DNA of 64,000 nt, from the NCBI RefSeq assembly GCF_003704095.1, contig NW_020844494.1, positions 682,001-746,000 of the forward strand. Reading direction: 5' to 3'. The position numbers were made by a program, and so were the translations under genes. The DNA is from Pocillopora damicornis (lineage: Eukaryota). This document shows positions 26,152 to 38,859 of the stretch, one piece after another (within the stretch, counting starts at the first letter, position 1; each line of letters starts with the position of its first letter). The notes beneath the pieces were generated by a model. That model saw nothing but the letters and a program-made list of their open reading frames with translations. It did not search any database and was not told the DNA's origin.

Positions 26152-29100
26152 TCAGCGCTTTTCCTCCTCTTCCATTTCTCTGATCAATCGTTTCCTTTCC
26201 TCAAACTGGCGAAGTTTCATCAACACTACACTTTCATAATCTCTTTCTGATATGTTGCCATCTGACTGATAAAATTCCTCAGAAACCTGCAGTAATCAGT
26301 GACGTAGTATATCTAAGCCTAACTGAGAAGTTAGTCAATCAAGGGTGAATATCAAGACCCCCACCCCTCCTTACCTCAGCCAAACAGTGTATATAAGTAA
26401 CTTTCAGTAGCAAAGTTTTAAGCAAGAGAGGCATGTCTTGGAGACAAGTACAAATCATTATGACCATTTATGACTGCAAAAACCCTACCTGAAAGATAGT
26501 TTCCATAAAGACAAGTCAACTCTCACCATGTATTTATCTGTAGCTTCACCAACATCTCTTGTTGATTTTGAAACCCCTGGGTCAGTTTCTGAACTTGCAT
26601 CATTTGAAGATGGCTCTCCATCCAACCAGGAGATTTGTAGAGGGTTGTCTGGGATACCATGCTCATTCTCTACTGCAAGTTTCTAAGGTAATTCAAGAAT
26701 CTACTTACCATATCGCTATTATTAGGTCACTCACATTGCAAATTCAAATAAAAACTTACAAAGAATATCATTCTCAAAAACCAGTTTACAATACTCACTG
26801 CACTAGCCATTGATGTGAACTCTGCCACAGCACTTCCCTTTTTATTGGAAGATACAATCACATAACTCACTTCACCATACTACAAAACCAATGTATGGAA
26901 CAATTAAATTAACCCAGTGTTCTTTCATCCAAAATAAATGAAAGTACATTAACAGTAATTCCTTAAACATCTACTGTCTTGAACAACTTTCAAAGTAAGT
27001 ACAGTACCTTTTCAAAGAGTGACCTGATCATTTCTTGTGTGTATCCACCATTTGTTAAATCAGATTTCTTGCTTTTCCACCTCACCTGGGCAGGTAAACA
27101 AAGTACAGATGCTATTTGATACAGTTTATGTGCATTTATGGTAGGTAAATATTTGTTTTTGTTTTTCTGCCTTATATTGTGGCACTAGATCTTAGACTTG
27201 TTGTTATTGCTGGACTTCTCTGAGCTGAAAGTGGTTTTCTTAACGGACAAACATATTCTACCACAAACTGAAGATTACAGTATGTTTATCACAAATTATG
27301 TGTAGTTATCCCTACATCATTAACCTTTAATTTCGGAGTGACATCTTGGTAGATTTTACTATCTTTATCACATTCAACTTCTTTCTTTAACTGGTCTCTG
27401 AGAAGTTCTTGTTGTTCCTTTAAAAGCTTTGATCCTTCCTCTCTCAACCTATTAATCTGAACAGCAGATATAAAAATGAAACAATTTGTGCTTGATTAAA
27501 AGTTTGCTTAAGATAAAAGACCATGAAATGACAATAAAGAAACTCACTTCAGCTTCCAAATTCTTTGCAGCTATTTCATCACTTTCCTTTTCTGTTTTGG
27601 CTGCATCCTCCCTTGCTTCAAGATCTGCAATAAAACTCTCAAATTTTACTTTGTACAACACATTTTGTCATACTCCCCTTGATATCAGCTGATAACCATT
27701 ATAGAAAACACATTTTCCTGCTAACTGCCAAAGAAAACATTGACATGATCTGAAAAAAAGCATTACCGTCAAGTCCCAACTTCTCTAAACAGCTTCTCTA
27801 TAATTTTTTGGGGAAGGGGAGCAGAACAGGTTATCAAGGAATTGGATTATTCTATGATATAGGTGTCATCATTTTTTAGTTATAAAAAAAAAAAAGAACT
27901 CTATATTAGTGTATAGAGAGTGGTATGTTACCTGCACCAATCAGATCATTTGAGATATGTATCTCACTCCAATCCAATAGCCACATTAGGGTATTATCTT
28001 GCACCAATCAGAGCATCGGTTTTGTTCTTTAGTTTGAGAGGTGTTCAAATTTCAACAAAGTAATAGGGGATTAAGAGAGAGTGGTTCGTAAAATGGAATC
28101 ATCCTTTAGAATGCGAAATGTTGGCTTTTCTGTGTTTTTAACATGTATTTTACCATGCTCTACTGCACAGATGAAAGATATCAGATTATCTAAAGTAAAT
28201 GTGTAACTCATGCTGTGAAAATGGTAGATAGTTGTTCAAGAGAAAGTGGAGTTCTGTGCACTGTAGCATGATTATGGTTATAGTTCCTTCGTAACGAGAG
28301 TGAGAGGAAAATTTTTTAGTCAAATGTTGCTTGATGTGTTGATGAGTTGCACCAAACATTTTGATTTGAGCAGTTCTTTGAGCGCAAGCTGTGTTGCAAG
28401 ATTCATGATTTGTTGAGTGTGCCAATTATATTTTTCTGGATTGGTTTGCTCAGTGCTATCTCTAGATGAATGTCTGATTAAAATTAACTATGGACAATTT
28501 TGTGGATCTTTTCAATGCCTGGAGAAAGTGATCTTGTGGAGTCATTTATGTTTGGCCAAGGATGAATTCAGATACCATTGTTAACATGTTTATTTGATTT
28601 TGTTATCTGGAATGAATTATTTACGGAGGTAAGTTAATATGATGTGATCTACTAATGTTGAAAATATATCAAGTTGAAGGAATAATTTTGGTCTCAGTCC
28701 ACATTTTTGTCAACAAAATAAACACAAACTGTTTAAAAAGATGATAATACAGACCACATGCAAAGCTGTCAATTTTTTCTCGAATATTATGCGTGTTAAA
28801 TATTCAATGGTGACATCTCATTAACATCTACATCTACATCTGCTTTTATTACGTTGGTAAAATCTGTACAGACATCACACTAACCAACTTGCGCGCAAAG
28901 TGAGAAGACTGTATGAAGGCTTTAATTATTAAGATTGATTTTGATTGAGAAACAGGTGAGGAATATTCCACAATAGTGCAAATAATCATGAAAGCTGATC
29001 ATGGAAAAGCGATTGCGTGACGCTCAGTAAGTTGTAAGGTGACATGTTATCACATACTAGACAAAAAAACTCCTTAGATTCTCAGTCTGCATTTTATACC

Positions 29101-30127
29101 AACTCTGCAGTCTGCAGTCTACATTTTGTACCTAGTCTACATTTTGTATCCAGTCTGCAGTCTGCATTTTGTACTAAAAGATATCTGTGGCACCAATACA
29201 GTTTATTTTTGGTAACAGTTATTCCCACAACACACACAATCTACCACAAAATAACTGTGTGTGAGTTAATTCAACATTTTTGTTCTTTTCCACTTTAATA
29301 CTCTTCTTTCCTTTTGTAAAAATGGAGACATCACTTACAATGTTTCAATCACTCCACCCACCCCCAAAAATAACTCTTGCATGCATAGCATGCCTGCATT
29401 TTATTTGCTTGTTCCACTTAACAACCAGTAGTTGTTAGTTGCAACAACTAACAACCATTGTTTGTTTTTGACACACGGCTTATTATTCAAAGGACTCTTA
29501 TCCTACCTTGTTTAAATTTTTTTCTCTTTGCATCCAAAGCCTGTGTTCGTAACCTTGCTTGTTCTTTAGCCTTCAGTACAGCATCATAAGCAGCTTTTGC
29601 CTTTGGATCACTGAGTACCTCCAATGCCTTTGAGAGCTCATGAAATAATTCAACTAAAAAGTGAAATATAGATCTACAGGTATAAGTACGAATAAAACCT
29701 ACACTTATACTACTTCCTAAAGAAATACTCACTTCACTTTGATCAAAAATGATCACTGCATGACTAGTACCTCAACATTTGCACGAAAGTCTATATTTCT
29801 ATATTATGCATTAACATAAATTGCATCCTTACGGGCTTGTGGGTTATCAGGATTCTTATCAGGATGACATTTTAGTGCCTTTTTCCTATAAGCTTTAGCA
29901 ATCTGCAAAGCAAACCAAAAATAAAGTTTCTGTGAGCGGCACCAATTTGCAATGCAGTTGAGTTGTACAACAAGATAAGTTAGCGCAGTACAAACTTTCC
30001 AAAATCCCCCTTGATAAGTTATATTCAATTCGTTCAGTAAAATTTTAATCATATAAGTTTTTACCTCTTTTAAGCTGCTTTCTTTGCTAACTCCAAGAAT
30101 TTCATAATAAGTCAGTTTGTCCGCCAT
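26152..30127 (-). CDS. DNAJC17: DnaJ homolog subfamily C member 17 (J domain + RRM), 9 exons
   Basis: Exons 30127-30065, 29902-29833, 29653-29507, 27624-27548, 27456-27325, 27085-27008, 26879-26799, 26682-26527, 26286-26152. J domain with [10 protein letters not shown]; KLKVRWK...NGGY RRM entry; C-terminal [20 protein letters not shown]. Confidence 0.95.
29082..29175. repeat. Short degenerate tandem repeat (CAGTCTGCA/CATTTTGTA units)
   Basis: Repeated CAGTCTGCA and AGTCTACATTTTGTA units in DNAJC17 intron 3. Confidence 0.6.
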
Positions 30128-30195
30128 GTTGAAAATTGTGACCCAGACCTCTCACGTCCTCTTCACACAGTCGTAATATAACGTGCAGGTTAAAC

Positions 30196-31516
30196 AACAT
30201 GATCTCGAGACCGAAATTACGATTATCGTTATTTCTAAATTGGCGCCANNNNNNNNNNNNNNNNNNNNNNNNNNNNNNNNNNNNNNNNNNNNNNNNNNNN
30301 NNNNNNNNNNNNNNNNNNNNNNNNNNNNNNNNNNNNNNNNNNNNNNNNTTTCAGACTGCTTTTCAGGATGAGGTTTGGCCTCTGCTGCCTATAATTACAA
30401 CACCCAGCTTGACTACTACTACTAAAGAACATTTTGACTGGGCTGTGCAAGTGTTACTAGCATATAAAAAGCACCTTCAGGTAGATTACAGCAAAGCAGA
30501 CTTTGTACCAAAACACTTTGCATTAAGTACATCATTACCCTCTACAGGTATTTCTAGTTTACATGTGAAAATCCCACAAATCTCAAGGTATATTACATCA
30601 TACATGTTGACAAAGCAATCAGGGGTACATTTTTCATAATAGGATGCAATGGTCTTCAGTATCAAGATTATTTGGTACCTAAATAGTAAAATGTTCGAGA
30701 GAAGAAATAATCATAAACATTTTTTCTCTCTCATCAGCATCGACTTCCAAAAGTAATGGATAATGACCACCCAAAACAAAGAAGAAATAAATCAAATTTG
30801 TGGTTTCACAGGGCTTCAATACGAAACAACTATACATATCTTTTATTTCCTACCACTTACAAGTGGCAGGAATGGCTGAAATGGCCTTCACGTGAACACA
30901 ACAGAATCCTATGCGTGTATAACCATGTAGAACTATTTATTCGGTATCGAAATTACATCCCAAATGTCATGATATTTGACTGAAACTCAGCTTACCCATC
31001 TTTCGTTTAGACTTCGAAACTTGCTGCTTTTTACCACCGTTTCAATGTTTTCTTGTTGTTCAAAAGGTGGTAGGGCCATTGCAGACCGTGATTTTTTTTT
31101 TTACTTGAGAACCAGATCACAACACCCAAGCCTTTTCACGCTAAAATATTAAACTACTGAGATTTCCTTCGCCGCCGTAAGCCGCCATTTTATCTTTCCC
31201 TGAATACTAGTTCCCAAGCTTCGAGCCCGAAGGTCTCAGACATGCACTGAAATTATGATATTCGTTATTTCAGGGCCAATTTAGAAATAACGATAATCGC
31301 TATTTTGGTGTCGAGATCATGCTGATCACAACTGAACGCACATTTACCCCTTTCCTCCGCCATCTTGAATGTTGTAAGACAGTGGAACCGAGTCCTTCTC
31401 TTTATTTAACACGTGTAAAGAGCATTGGTAAAGAGTGCCACGAAATTACTATATCCATAAATTTGGTGCCAATTTAGAAATAACGATAATCGTAATTTCG
31501 GTCTCGAGATCATGTT
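30196..31516. repeat. About 53-bp inverted repeat pair (30196-30248 / 31464-31516) plus a diverged third copy (31275-31321)
   Basis: The reverse complement of AACATGATCTCGAGACCGAAATTACGATTATCGTTATTTCTAAATTGGCGCCA matches 31464-31516 with 1 mismatch. Confidence 0.8.
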
Positions 31517-31525
31517 GAGGTTAAA

Positions 31526-33484
31526 ATGGATGTAGTTAATGACTCGGGGATCAATTTTATCATTTATTTACAAAATTCTTGCGCCGATTGGCAAAAAGAG
31601 ATGCTCTTCCTTTCAAAAGTTGGTGATCCTAGAAACTCCTTTCTGATCTATTTTCCAGTGGCTTTTCACTTGAACCACAAGCTAGGAGTGAGTGTGTTAT
31701 GGACGGCTGTTCTGTCTGAATGGCTCAACTTAATTTTGAAATGGTAAGAAGGAAATGGCTCGTGTGCTATTATCTTGTATGTTAAGCAATTTAACTGAAA
31801 GCTGTGAAAACTTCCTTGCATGATATCTTTTCAAGAAAGAACCAATCACAACTGTAAAAAGCATACCACCAATAACCTCATTCAAAACTAACCAATCACT
31901 TTCCATGCATCAGACTCGCAAGAGTCTCATAACAAGTCTCAGCTCAGGTGGAAATGTCATCAAATCATTGGCTGTTACCATTAGTGACTTCATCTCATTA
32001 TTATGATGATAATAATTTATCTCATTATTAAATGCAAGGGTGTGGTTGTATAAATATGGGGACAGAAAGTTATACCCTTGGCTGAAATTAACTCCCTTAA
32101 GTCCCATGAGAAGCTTCAGTTTTCCTGCTACTGCTGCTTAAATGTCCTGGTGCTGGTGTCCAGGTCCCCACCTCTAATGAGAATCCTGCCAGATGACAAC
32201 AGTCCATTTCCAATTCAGGACTGCCTTCATTCTGACAATCACATTAAGTGATTAGGATGTCACAAGTTGTCTTATTCTACATGCACCATCATAAATTGTT
32301 TGCTAAGATGAATCACTGTGTCTATTAGGATTCTGAGAGGTGACAGGCCATACTGGTGGGTACATGAATCAGAACAATGGAGGAATGTGACACTTCAGCA
32401 GTTTGAATTGACTTGTGAAACAGGACCAGGCAAGTAAAGGAATTAGACCATATACCACCTCTTTAATTAAAAGTACAAAGATGCTTTTGAAATATCAGCT
32501 CACTAACCTTCTTTAAAATTTCGCATCGTGTTATTGGTTGGTCAAGTTTATTTTGGGACTGATCAACAAACTTGCAATAAATAGTTTTTCTAACTCTCAA
32601 GAATTCTCCAACATCCCCAAGTTTTTCAATCTAAACATACCTATCAGCCAGGCAGTTTGTTAACTGGTATATAAACTAGAGTAACATCAACAAGTCATGT
32701 ATCTTTTGCACGGTAGATAATTTTGTTGTTACTCTCTCTCATTTCAACAGGGTCACCATCTGGTCATGCTATGGTCACCTCAGCTGTGCTATGCATATTA
32801 GCATTGCATGTGATGAGCTCACTCAAGGAAACAATCTTACTTCAAACACATCTGTTGTTGAGATATTTTACAACCATGACAGTTTGGAGTTTGTTTTTAA
32901 CTGTTGTCTCTCTTGTGTCAGTCTCAAGAATATTCTTAGCAACACATTTTCCTCATCAAGTGGTACAGGGCACAGTAATTGGTGTGATACTAGCATTTTT
33001 TGTAAGAAAGAACATTTCTAAATTACTAAAAGTTGCCTATTCTTTTTCTTATTGTGCAGCTTTTTCCTTAGCCTTGGTGGCAATAACCTTAGTGTCACAT
33101 GTTATCCTTTCATTCCTTGTATATGATCCTTCAATTTCGGTAATGAAAGCCAAGAAGTGGTGTATAAAGGCATCGTACATCCATCTGGATACTACACCAT
33201 TTTACGCACTAGTTCGTGATTCTGGAGCAACTTTAGGATTAGGAATTGCTTTCACTGTGATAAGATTGATTCTTAAAACAAGGGAAAATAACTGGAGAGG
33301 ATTTCAAACAACATTACTGACAGGAAGTCTAAAAATTCCATTGTCACTTTTTGTATTACAGTTATTGGAAGTGATATCTTTACCTAAATCACATCCTACG
33401 CTGTTTTATTCTGCCGGGTTCATCCGTTACTCTCTTATTTCGGTTGTTGTAATTTTAATTGTTCCAAGCATAGTATTACTGTGA
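31526..33484 (+). CDS. G6PC: Glucose-6-phosphatase catalytic subunit family (PAP2), 3 exons
   Basis: Exons 31526-31743, 32329-32429, 32751-33484. Motifs [65 protein letters not shown]. Intron 2 has a GC donor. Paralogue identity (G6PC1/2/3) not resolved. Confidence 0.92.
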
Positions 33485-34156
33485 GTGTTTTAAAAAAGTG
33501 AATTTTGAAGAGTTGTACGTGTATTTGATTGATGCATTTATTTATAATTATAATCATATTGATATTACATGACTTAGTTCATAAGGATGGGTTTAACTAT
33601 TATTATCTTTTACGCATGTCCAGATTAGCCTCCTTCAGTTCCTGGTGTTACATGTACTTTTGAGTGACAATTTGGTTTTGAACCTGTTGTTGATGGCAGT
33701 TAAGCTAATTTACGTGAATGTTAAGAATAGAAATATATAAATCATACCACAGATGAAAGTGGCCTTTGCAAAGAAAGTGTTCCTTTTTAATTTTTTTGTA
33801 ATGCAAAAGAGGCAATGCATGGAAATGTAAATAATTTATGATACATTTAATGAATGAAGAGATGAAGAAATAAATGGATAAAATCAGAATGCTTTATATT
33901 GTAATAAGTACTGCGTGACATCCAGGTGTCACGCGTGACCGATAAGCGTGATAATTATGTTCGGGCGCGGGAAGATTGGAAAGGAGCGTGCTTGATCCCA
34001 GTTTCTTCATTTCACGGCTCGCCTCGGCAGGTAAGGCGAGGGTCCACGCAACATGAACGTGAGTAGCATTGAAATTTGAGGGTAATTCGAACATAAACCA
34101 CTAGAATGTCTGCTAGGGAAGTTCACGGCAATCTTTACTACAACAGGTGTACACGG

Positions 34157-36483
34157 ATGGCGACGAACAGAAGGAACTCTGGGATGAACTTAGCAAAGGA
34201 GTAGAAAGCTCACGATTAGTTGTTGTGCATTTGACGAAAGGAGACGAAGGTACGTAAGAATATTTATCGCGGACTCAGCTATTTTGACCTTCGGACCTTA
34301 TTACCTTGGCGTAATTGTCTTTCCGAACGCTCTCTACTTTGACGAAATACTGATACGTGGGAATGAAAATTTTCTTTTTTCGCAAATTCGAGGTCGACGT
34401 GAAGGTATTGTTAACAAGTGTGCGCTAGCTTGACACCTCACTGCACGGAATGTATGGAACCTCCATAAATAGATTTGAGCTCATACAACCTTTAAATACG
34501 ATTAATTTAAATACTTGCTAATGGCGTTAGAGTTTTAGTTAAAGATCTGTCCGGTTTTCAGTTTGAAAGCATATTAATACCTACCGCAACAAAGTTGTTA
34601 TTGTTCGTGAAAACTCATTCAAAACAGAACTCAAAGATGGTCACAGCATCCTAAATGGTGCGTGCATTGTCTACACAGTATGTCTTACGTTTCAATATCG
34701 CAGCTTCTCGTTCATCATTCGTCTACTCAAAAAAGCTTTGTACAGCGAACTCCGTTTAAAGTGATGTTACTTCACATGTTCACATAAGATCGTCTAGAAC
34801 ATACTAATTCTTTCATTTGTTTGGTATGTTACACATTTACTAAATGTCCATTCTAGGAATTTCCTTTTGAAGCCAATATCACATAAAATCGATTTAGGTT
34901 GAAAAATATTAAGTAGATCGCCTGATGAAGTATATTGTTGAATTTAAAACTAGATGGACTCCTGTGCGAGGGAATCCCCTTTTGTTCAAAATCCATCCAC
35001 TAGCAGTAGAGTAGATTTAAACAATTTTAAAATCAGTATTTATAACCTCAAGGTTTTAAATTAGACATCCAATCATTATTCGAGTTGCTATTAGTGGAAA
35101 ATTAAAAGACCCTTAGTTTTATTGGAAAATCATGAAATAATAGATGAATTGAAAGCAGGGAGGCTGTGAGCTCATAAATACTGGTTGCGACTCTGATCAT
35201 CAGGCCTAAAATTTGTTTTATCTCCTTCAGGGTTTGGTTTTAACATTCGAGGCGGAGTTGATCACCCTCATGTCGGGTGTGACCCAGGAATATTCATCAC
35301 CACTGTCAGAGCTGACAGTGTGGCTGGGAGAGATGGGAGACTAGAACCAGGGGACAGGATATTGGCAGTATGTAGTTCAAGCAGGATTTTTTAAATAAAT
35401 GAAAAAAAACTTAATCTTATAAATACAAAAATACACCTAATATTCCAACTACTAAGACCCAGTTCAGGGTTGACCACCAAGCTTTGTTTTCTGGCAACCT
35501 GTTATGGGTTCTTTTATAAAAGCTTTAATAAGGAAAGAACCCTATGACACTTTAACCTCCTTACCCTTTAAGGAAATTTAAAGATATCAGTGGAGAATAT
35601 CAATACTAATATTGGGGTGTAAAAGATAAATCTTCAGCTAAGATGAGAATTTACTTTGTGTTGTAATTGATTTGGGCACTGCTGATCCTAGCAGAATGCA
35701 GGAGGTTCCTTGCATATCAACCTAGCAATGGCCTTGCTCAGTGGAAAGTTCTCTCACTGTTACTCAATGGTAGAGCATCTGGCTACAAAATCCAAAGGCT
35801 TGGGGTTTGATTCCTTGTGGGAAACTTTGATCTTTCACTGATTTTGAAAAACTTAACTTTGAAGAATAATACATATGGGTTGACATGGCTCTCAAGACTG
35901 AACACAATAAGGTGAATTACTCAAAGTTTATTGTGATTCTTTGTATTTTTTCAATAGCTAAATGCCACAAATCTTGAACGTGTGACTCATGATGAAGCTG
36001 TCAATGAATTCCACAAAGCAGAAGAAACTGTTTCCTTACTAGTGGAGAAGAATGCGGAGGCATATCTGTTGGTCAGTTTTGAATATTGTGTACTTTTTTG
36101 ACTTGTTTCTTGATATTTGATTTTATGAAATATAATCTTTCTCTATACAAGTTGTGGGATGGTCAATGTGGGGTTACAAATCAGCAGCCTATTACTGGTT
36201 GTAAGTAAGGATATGAGGAACTATTTCCTCTATACTAAAAGTGTGGTTTAGTTCGTTGATTTTTTGGCCTATTTTGCAGTCAAACGAAGTCCCAAGCTCA
36301 CCAGAAGTAACAGTGACAGATGGACCAGTAACACTTGAACCAGATCAGGAAGAACCCCCTAATGCAGTTATTAGTACATTAAAACATTTCTACAATTCCA
36401 ACGTAGGAGCTCTGTCAATTGGATTGGCAATTGGAAGTTTAGCTGTCTATGTTGCTCTTCGAATTTATAAAGTTAACAAGTAG
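34157..36483 (+). CDS. SYNJ2BP: Synaptojanin-2-binding protein / OMP25 (PDZ + C-terminal tail anchor); 5' start uncertain
   Basis: Exons ~34157-34249, 35231-35367 (GFGFNIRGG...GIFITTVRADSVAGRDGRLEPGDRILA), 35958-36071 (VTHDEAVNEF), 36280-36483 (TM LSIGLAIGSLAVYVAL + basic RIYKVNK). ATG 34157 is out of frame as assembled. Confidence 0.85.
35677..35826 (+). mobile_element. Degenerate tRNA-like interspersed repeat in SYNJ2BP intron 2
   Basis: A-box-like TACTCAATGGTAGAGCAT and B-box-like GGTTTGATTCC, preceded by GCTGATCCTAGCAG...GGCCTTGCTCA. Resembles an abundant coral repeat (from memory). No intact cloverleaf. Confidence 0.6.
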
Positions 36484-37559
36484 CACTAGAGATGATTAGG
36501 GATAGATACACAATTCTTCAGCCTTTGTTACCAAAGATCCTCTAAATGTGAATTCTCATAGCAGTGAACCAGATCAAAAAACATGTGGATGTCAATGGCA
36601 AAAAGTCTTTTTTATTTTGGAATGTCTATAAAGCAATATTGACATTGATATGTGGAATTCTGTAGGGAGAAAATAGCTCATGGTTGCTTTAAAAAACCTA
36701 ATCATTCCATGCCCCTGGAGCAGGGTGAATTTCTACATCAGTTGATACTCTGAAGGTCAGTCTCAAAACTGGTAATCGTCAAAAGCTACACAAACATTCT
36801 AGCAACACAGAGTATACCTCTCACTGTTAAGTGGTTTGACGACACAGAACAAAGTGATTGGTTATTTCTTATTCTTGCAACATAATCGTTCCATAAACTG
36901 TCCCCTCATGTCTGAGGTTGCGTTTTAACTTTATGTCAGATTAATGTTATTTTCTTGGCCGGTTGATCATCCACATTATCATTTTACATGAGGGACTAAA
37001 TAATATTACCCTAGCGCTGACATTACCGTTTCTTCAAGAACAGCACGGGAGGTTAAAGATGATTGGTTTATGTTGGGCTATTGTAGGTAGGCCTTTGTTA
37101 GCTAGATACCGTTCAAGTTGTTTATTATTCTCGCCTTTTGTTCTCCCCTCCACCTGTCATTAGAAATAGCTAAGTGATAAATTAACTTCATTCTTTTGAG
37201 ATCGTCACCCATGGTGAAAAAAATTGAAGATGAATAGCCATTAGCTTTTACTCTTGATTCCAAATTTTTGTAGTTTATTTTGCATACACCAACATGGAAA
37301 TAAAATACAAAATCCTCTTTCTTCGCCTCGCCTCTGAAATTCAATTGAAGCACAGGAACCCCAATCTCGCCATTTAAGAGCGTTCATAGGGACGACCAAC
37401 ATTCAAGGCTCCCATGAACTGAATAGTGTGGCATTTACTGACAGTTTTTCCTCCCGTTTTTATCGTATCGTGGCAGTTACTACTGCTAAGGTTATTAAGC
37501 CTATTTCACGGATTATATGTTTATGATTATTTTGGTTACTGCATCGCTAAAATTCCTTG

Positions 37560-38644
37560 ACGAACGGTTCCTCAGTTCCAAATCTGTTGTCATCACCGCA
37601 CCAAGTTGACGTACAGTGGCTACTAGATCATCCGCAAAACGTTGTTCATTTTTGCGGATGACCTAGTGGTCATTTTTACTGCAATTGAAAGTTAAAAGAC
37701 GTCAGATGTTGTTTATTACAAAACGCGGAGGGGTGAAACTCCTGAAGTACCAAATTAACAAATGCGGTGAATTTCATTGACACGCTCGGGACCTGTTTAT
37801 AATGAGCAATTTTTGCGCATGTTCTCGTATTGCCAAGTGACGTAAATCAAACAACACAACCAATCAGATTACGAGTAGCACAGGCATAGCTTCGTCACTG
37901 CAAACAACATCGCGTTTTGTAATTTTGTAGTTTATGATTTTATCGGTAATCAGCGTATTAATATAAGGAGAATGTTTAAGGTTTATGTATCCAAGATCCC
38001 CTCACTTTTCTTTCTCCATCAAACTCACTGCCTTGAGTTCGTAACATGCTAATTTAACGGCAAAACCATCATCGCAGTAAGTACAAATTCTCGACTTCTG
38101 TCTTGACGCGACCTGTTAGTGTATGATTTCTTTCCCTGTATTGTAACGATGACGATGCAACGGAAAGAAGCTCTTGGTAGTTTGTTGAACATATTGACTA
38201 AGTTAGGCTTTCATTCTAAGAGCAGGTGAAAAATTAATTACATAAAAATTTCATGTACTCTCTACGGCTATGAGTGTTCTAACGCACTATTCCTTGTCAC
38301 GAATGTTCCCGTTGTTGCCTAAGAGAATACGATCAATTATTTAAGACTTCTGTCTTAAGTACTGCAGTATTTGAAATCATCAATACGAACGGTTCCTCAG
38401 TTCCAAATCTGTTGTCATCACCGCACCAAGTTGACGTTCAGTGACTACTAGATCATAAGCAAAACGTTGTCCATTTTTGCAGATGATCTAGTGGTCATTT
38501 CTCCCTCACTTTTCTTTCTCCGTCAAACTCACTGCCTTGAGTTCGTAACATGCTAATTTAACGGCAAAACCATCATCACGGTAAATAAAAATTCTCGAGT
38601 TCTGTCTTGACGCGAGCTGTCAGTGTATGATATCTTTCCCTATA
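37560..38644 (+). repeat. Local duplication: 38385-38644 copies 37560-37675 joined to ~37999-38140
   Basis: High-identity direct repeats; the second copy lacks about 320 bp of the middle. Confidence 0.85.
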
Positions 38645-38859
38645 TAGCTGGACAATAACTTTTCCTATCAAGTGAGCCCTTAACTTAACTGTCAAGAGAC
38701 GGATTGCACAGTCATTGAAGGAAAGGTCGATTTGCAATCGCAGCATGGTTACCAAGTTCTTATGTTTACTCAAGTGGCGAAGTTGAATTTTCAATTCTAT
38801 TATTTCATTTCATTTATTTTCCTTACTAGTTAGAGACCCATCCGGCGGATACATCAGAC

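Noticed and set aside
27900-29050. Possible nested gene in the long DNAJC17 intron
   Set aside because: No sustained ORF; looks like decayed repeat sequence that I cannot classify.
35757-35826. Possible tRNA gene
   Set aside because: A and B boxes are degenerate and the stems do not pair; better explained as a tRNA-derived repeat.
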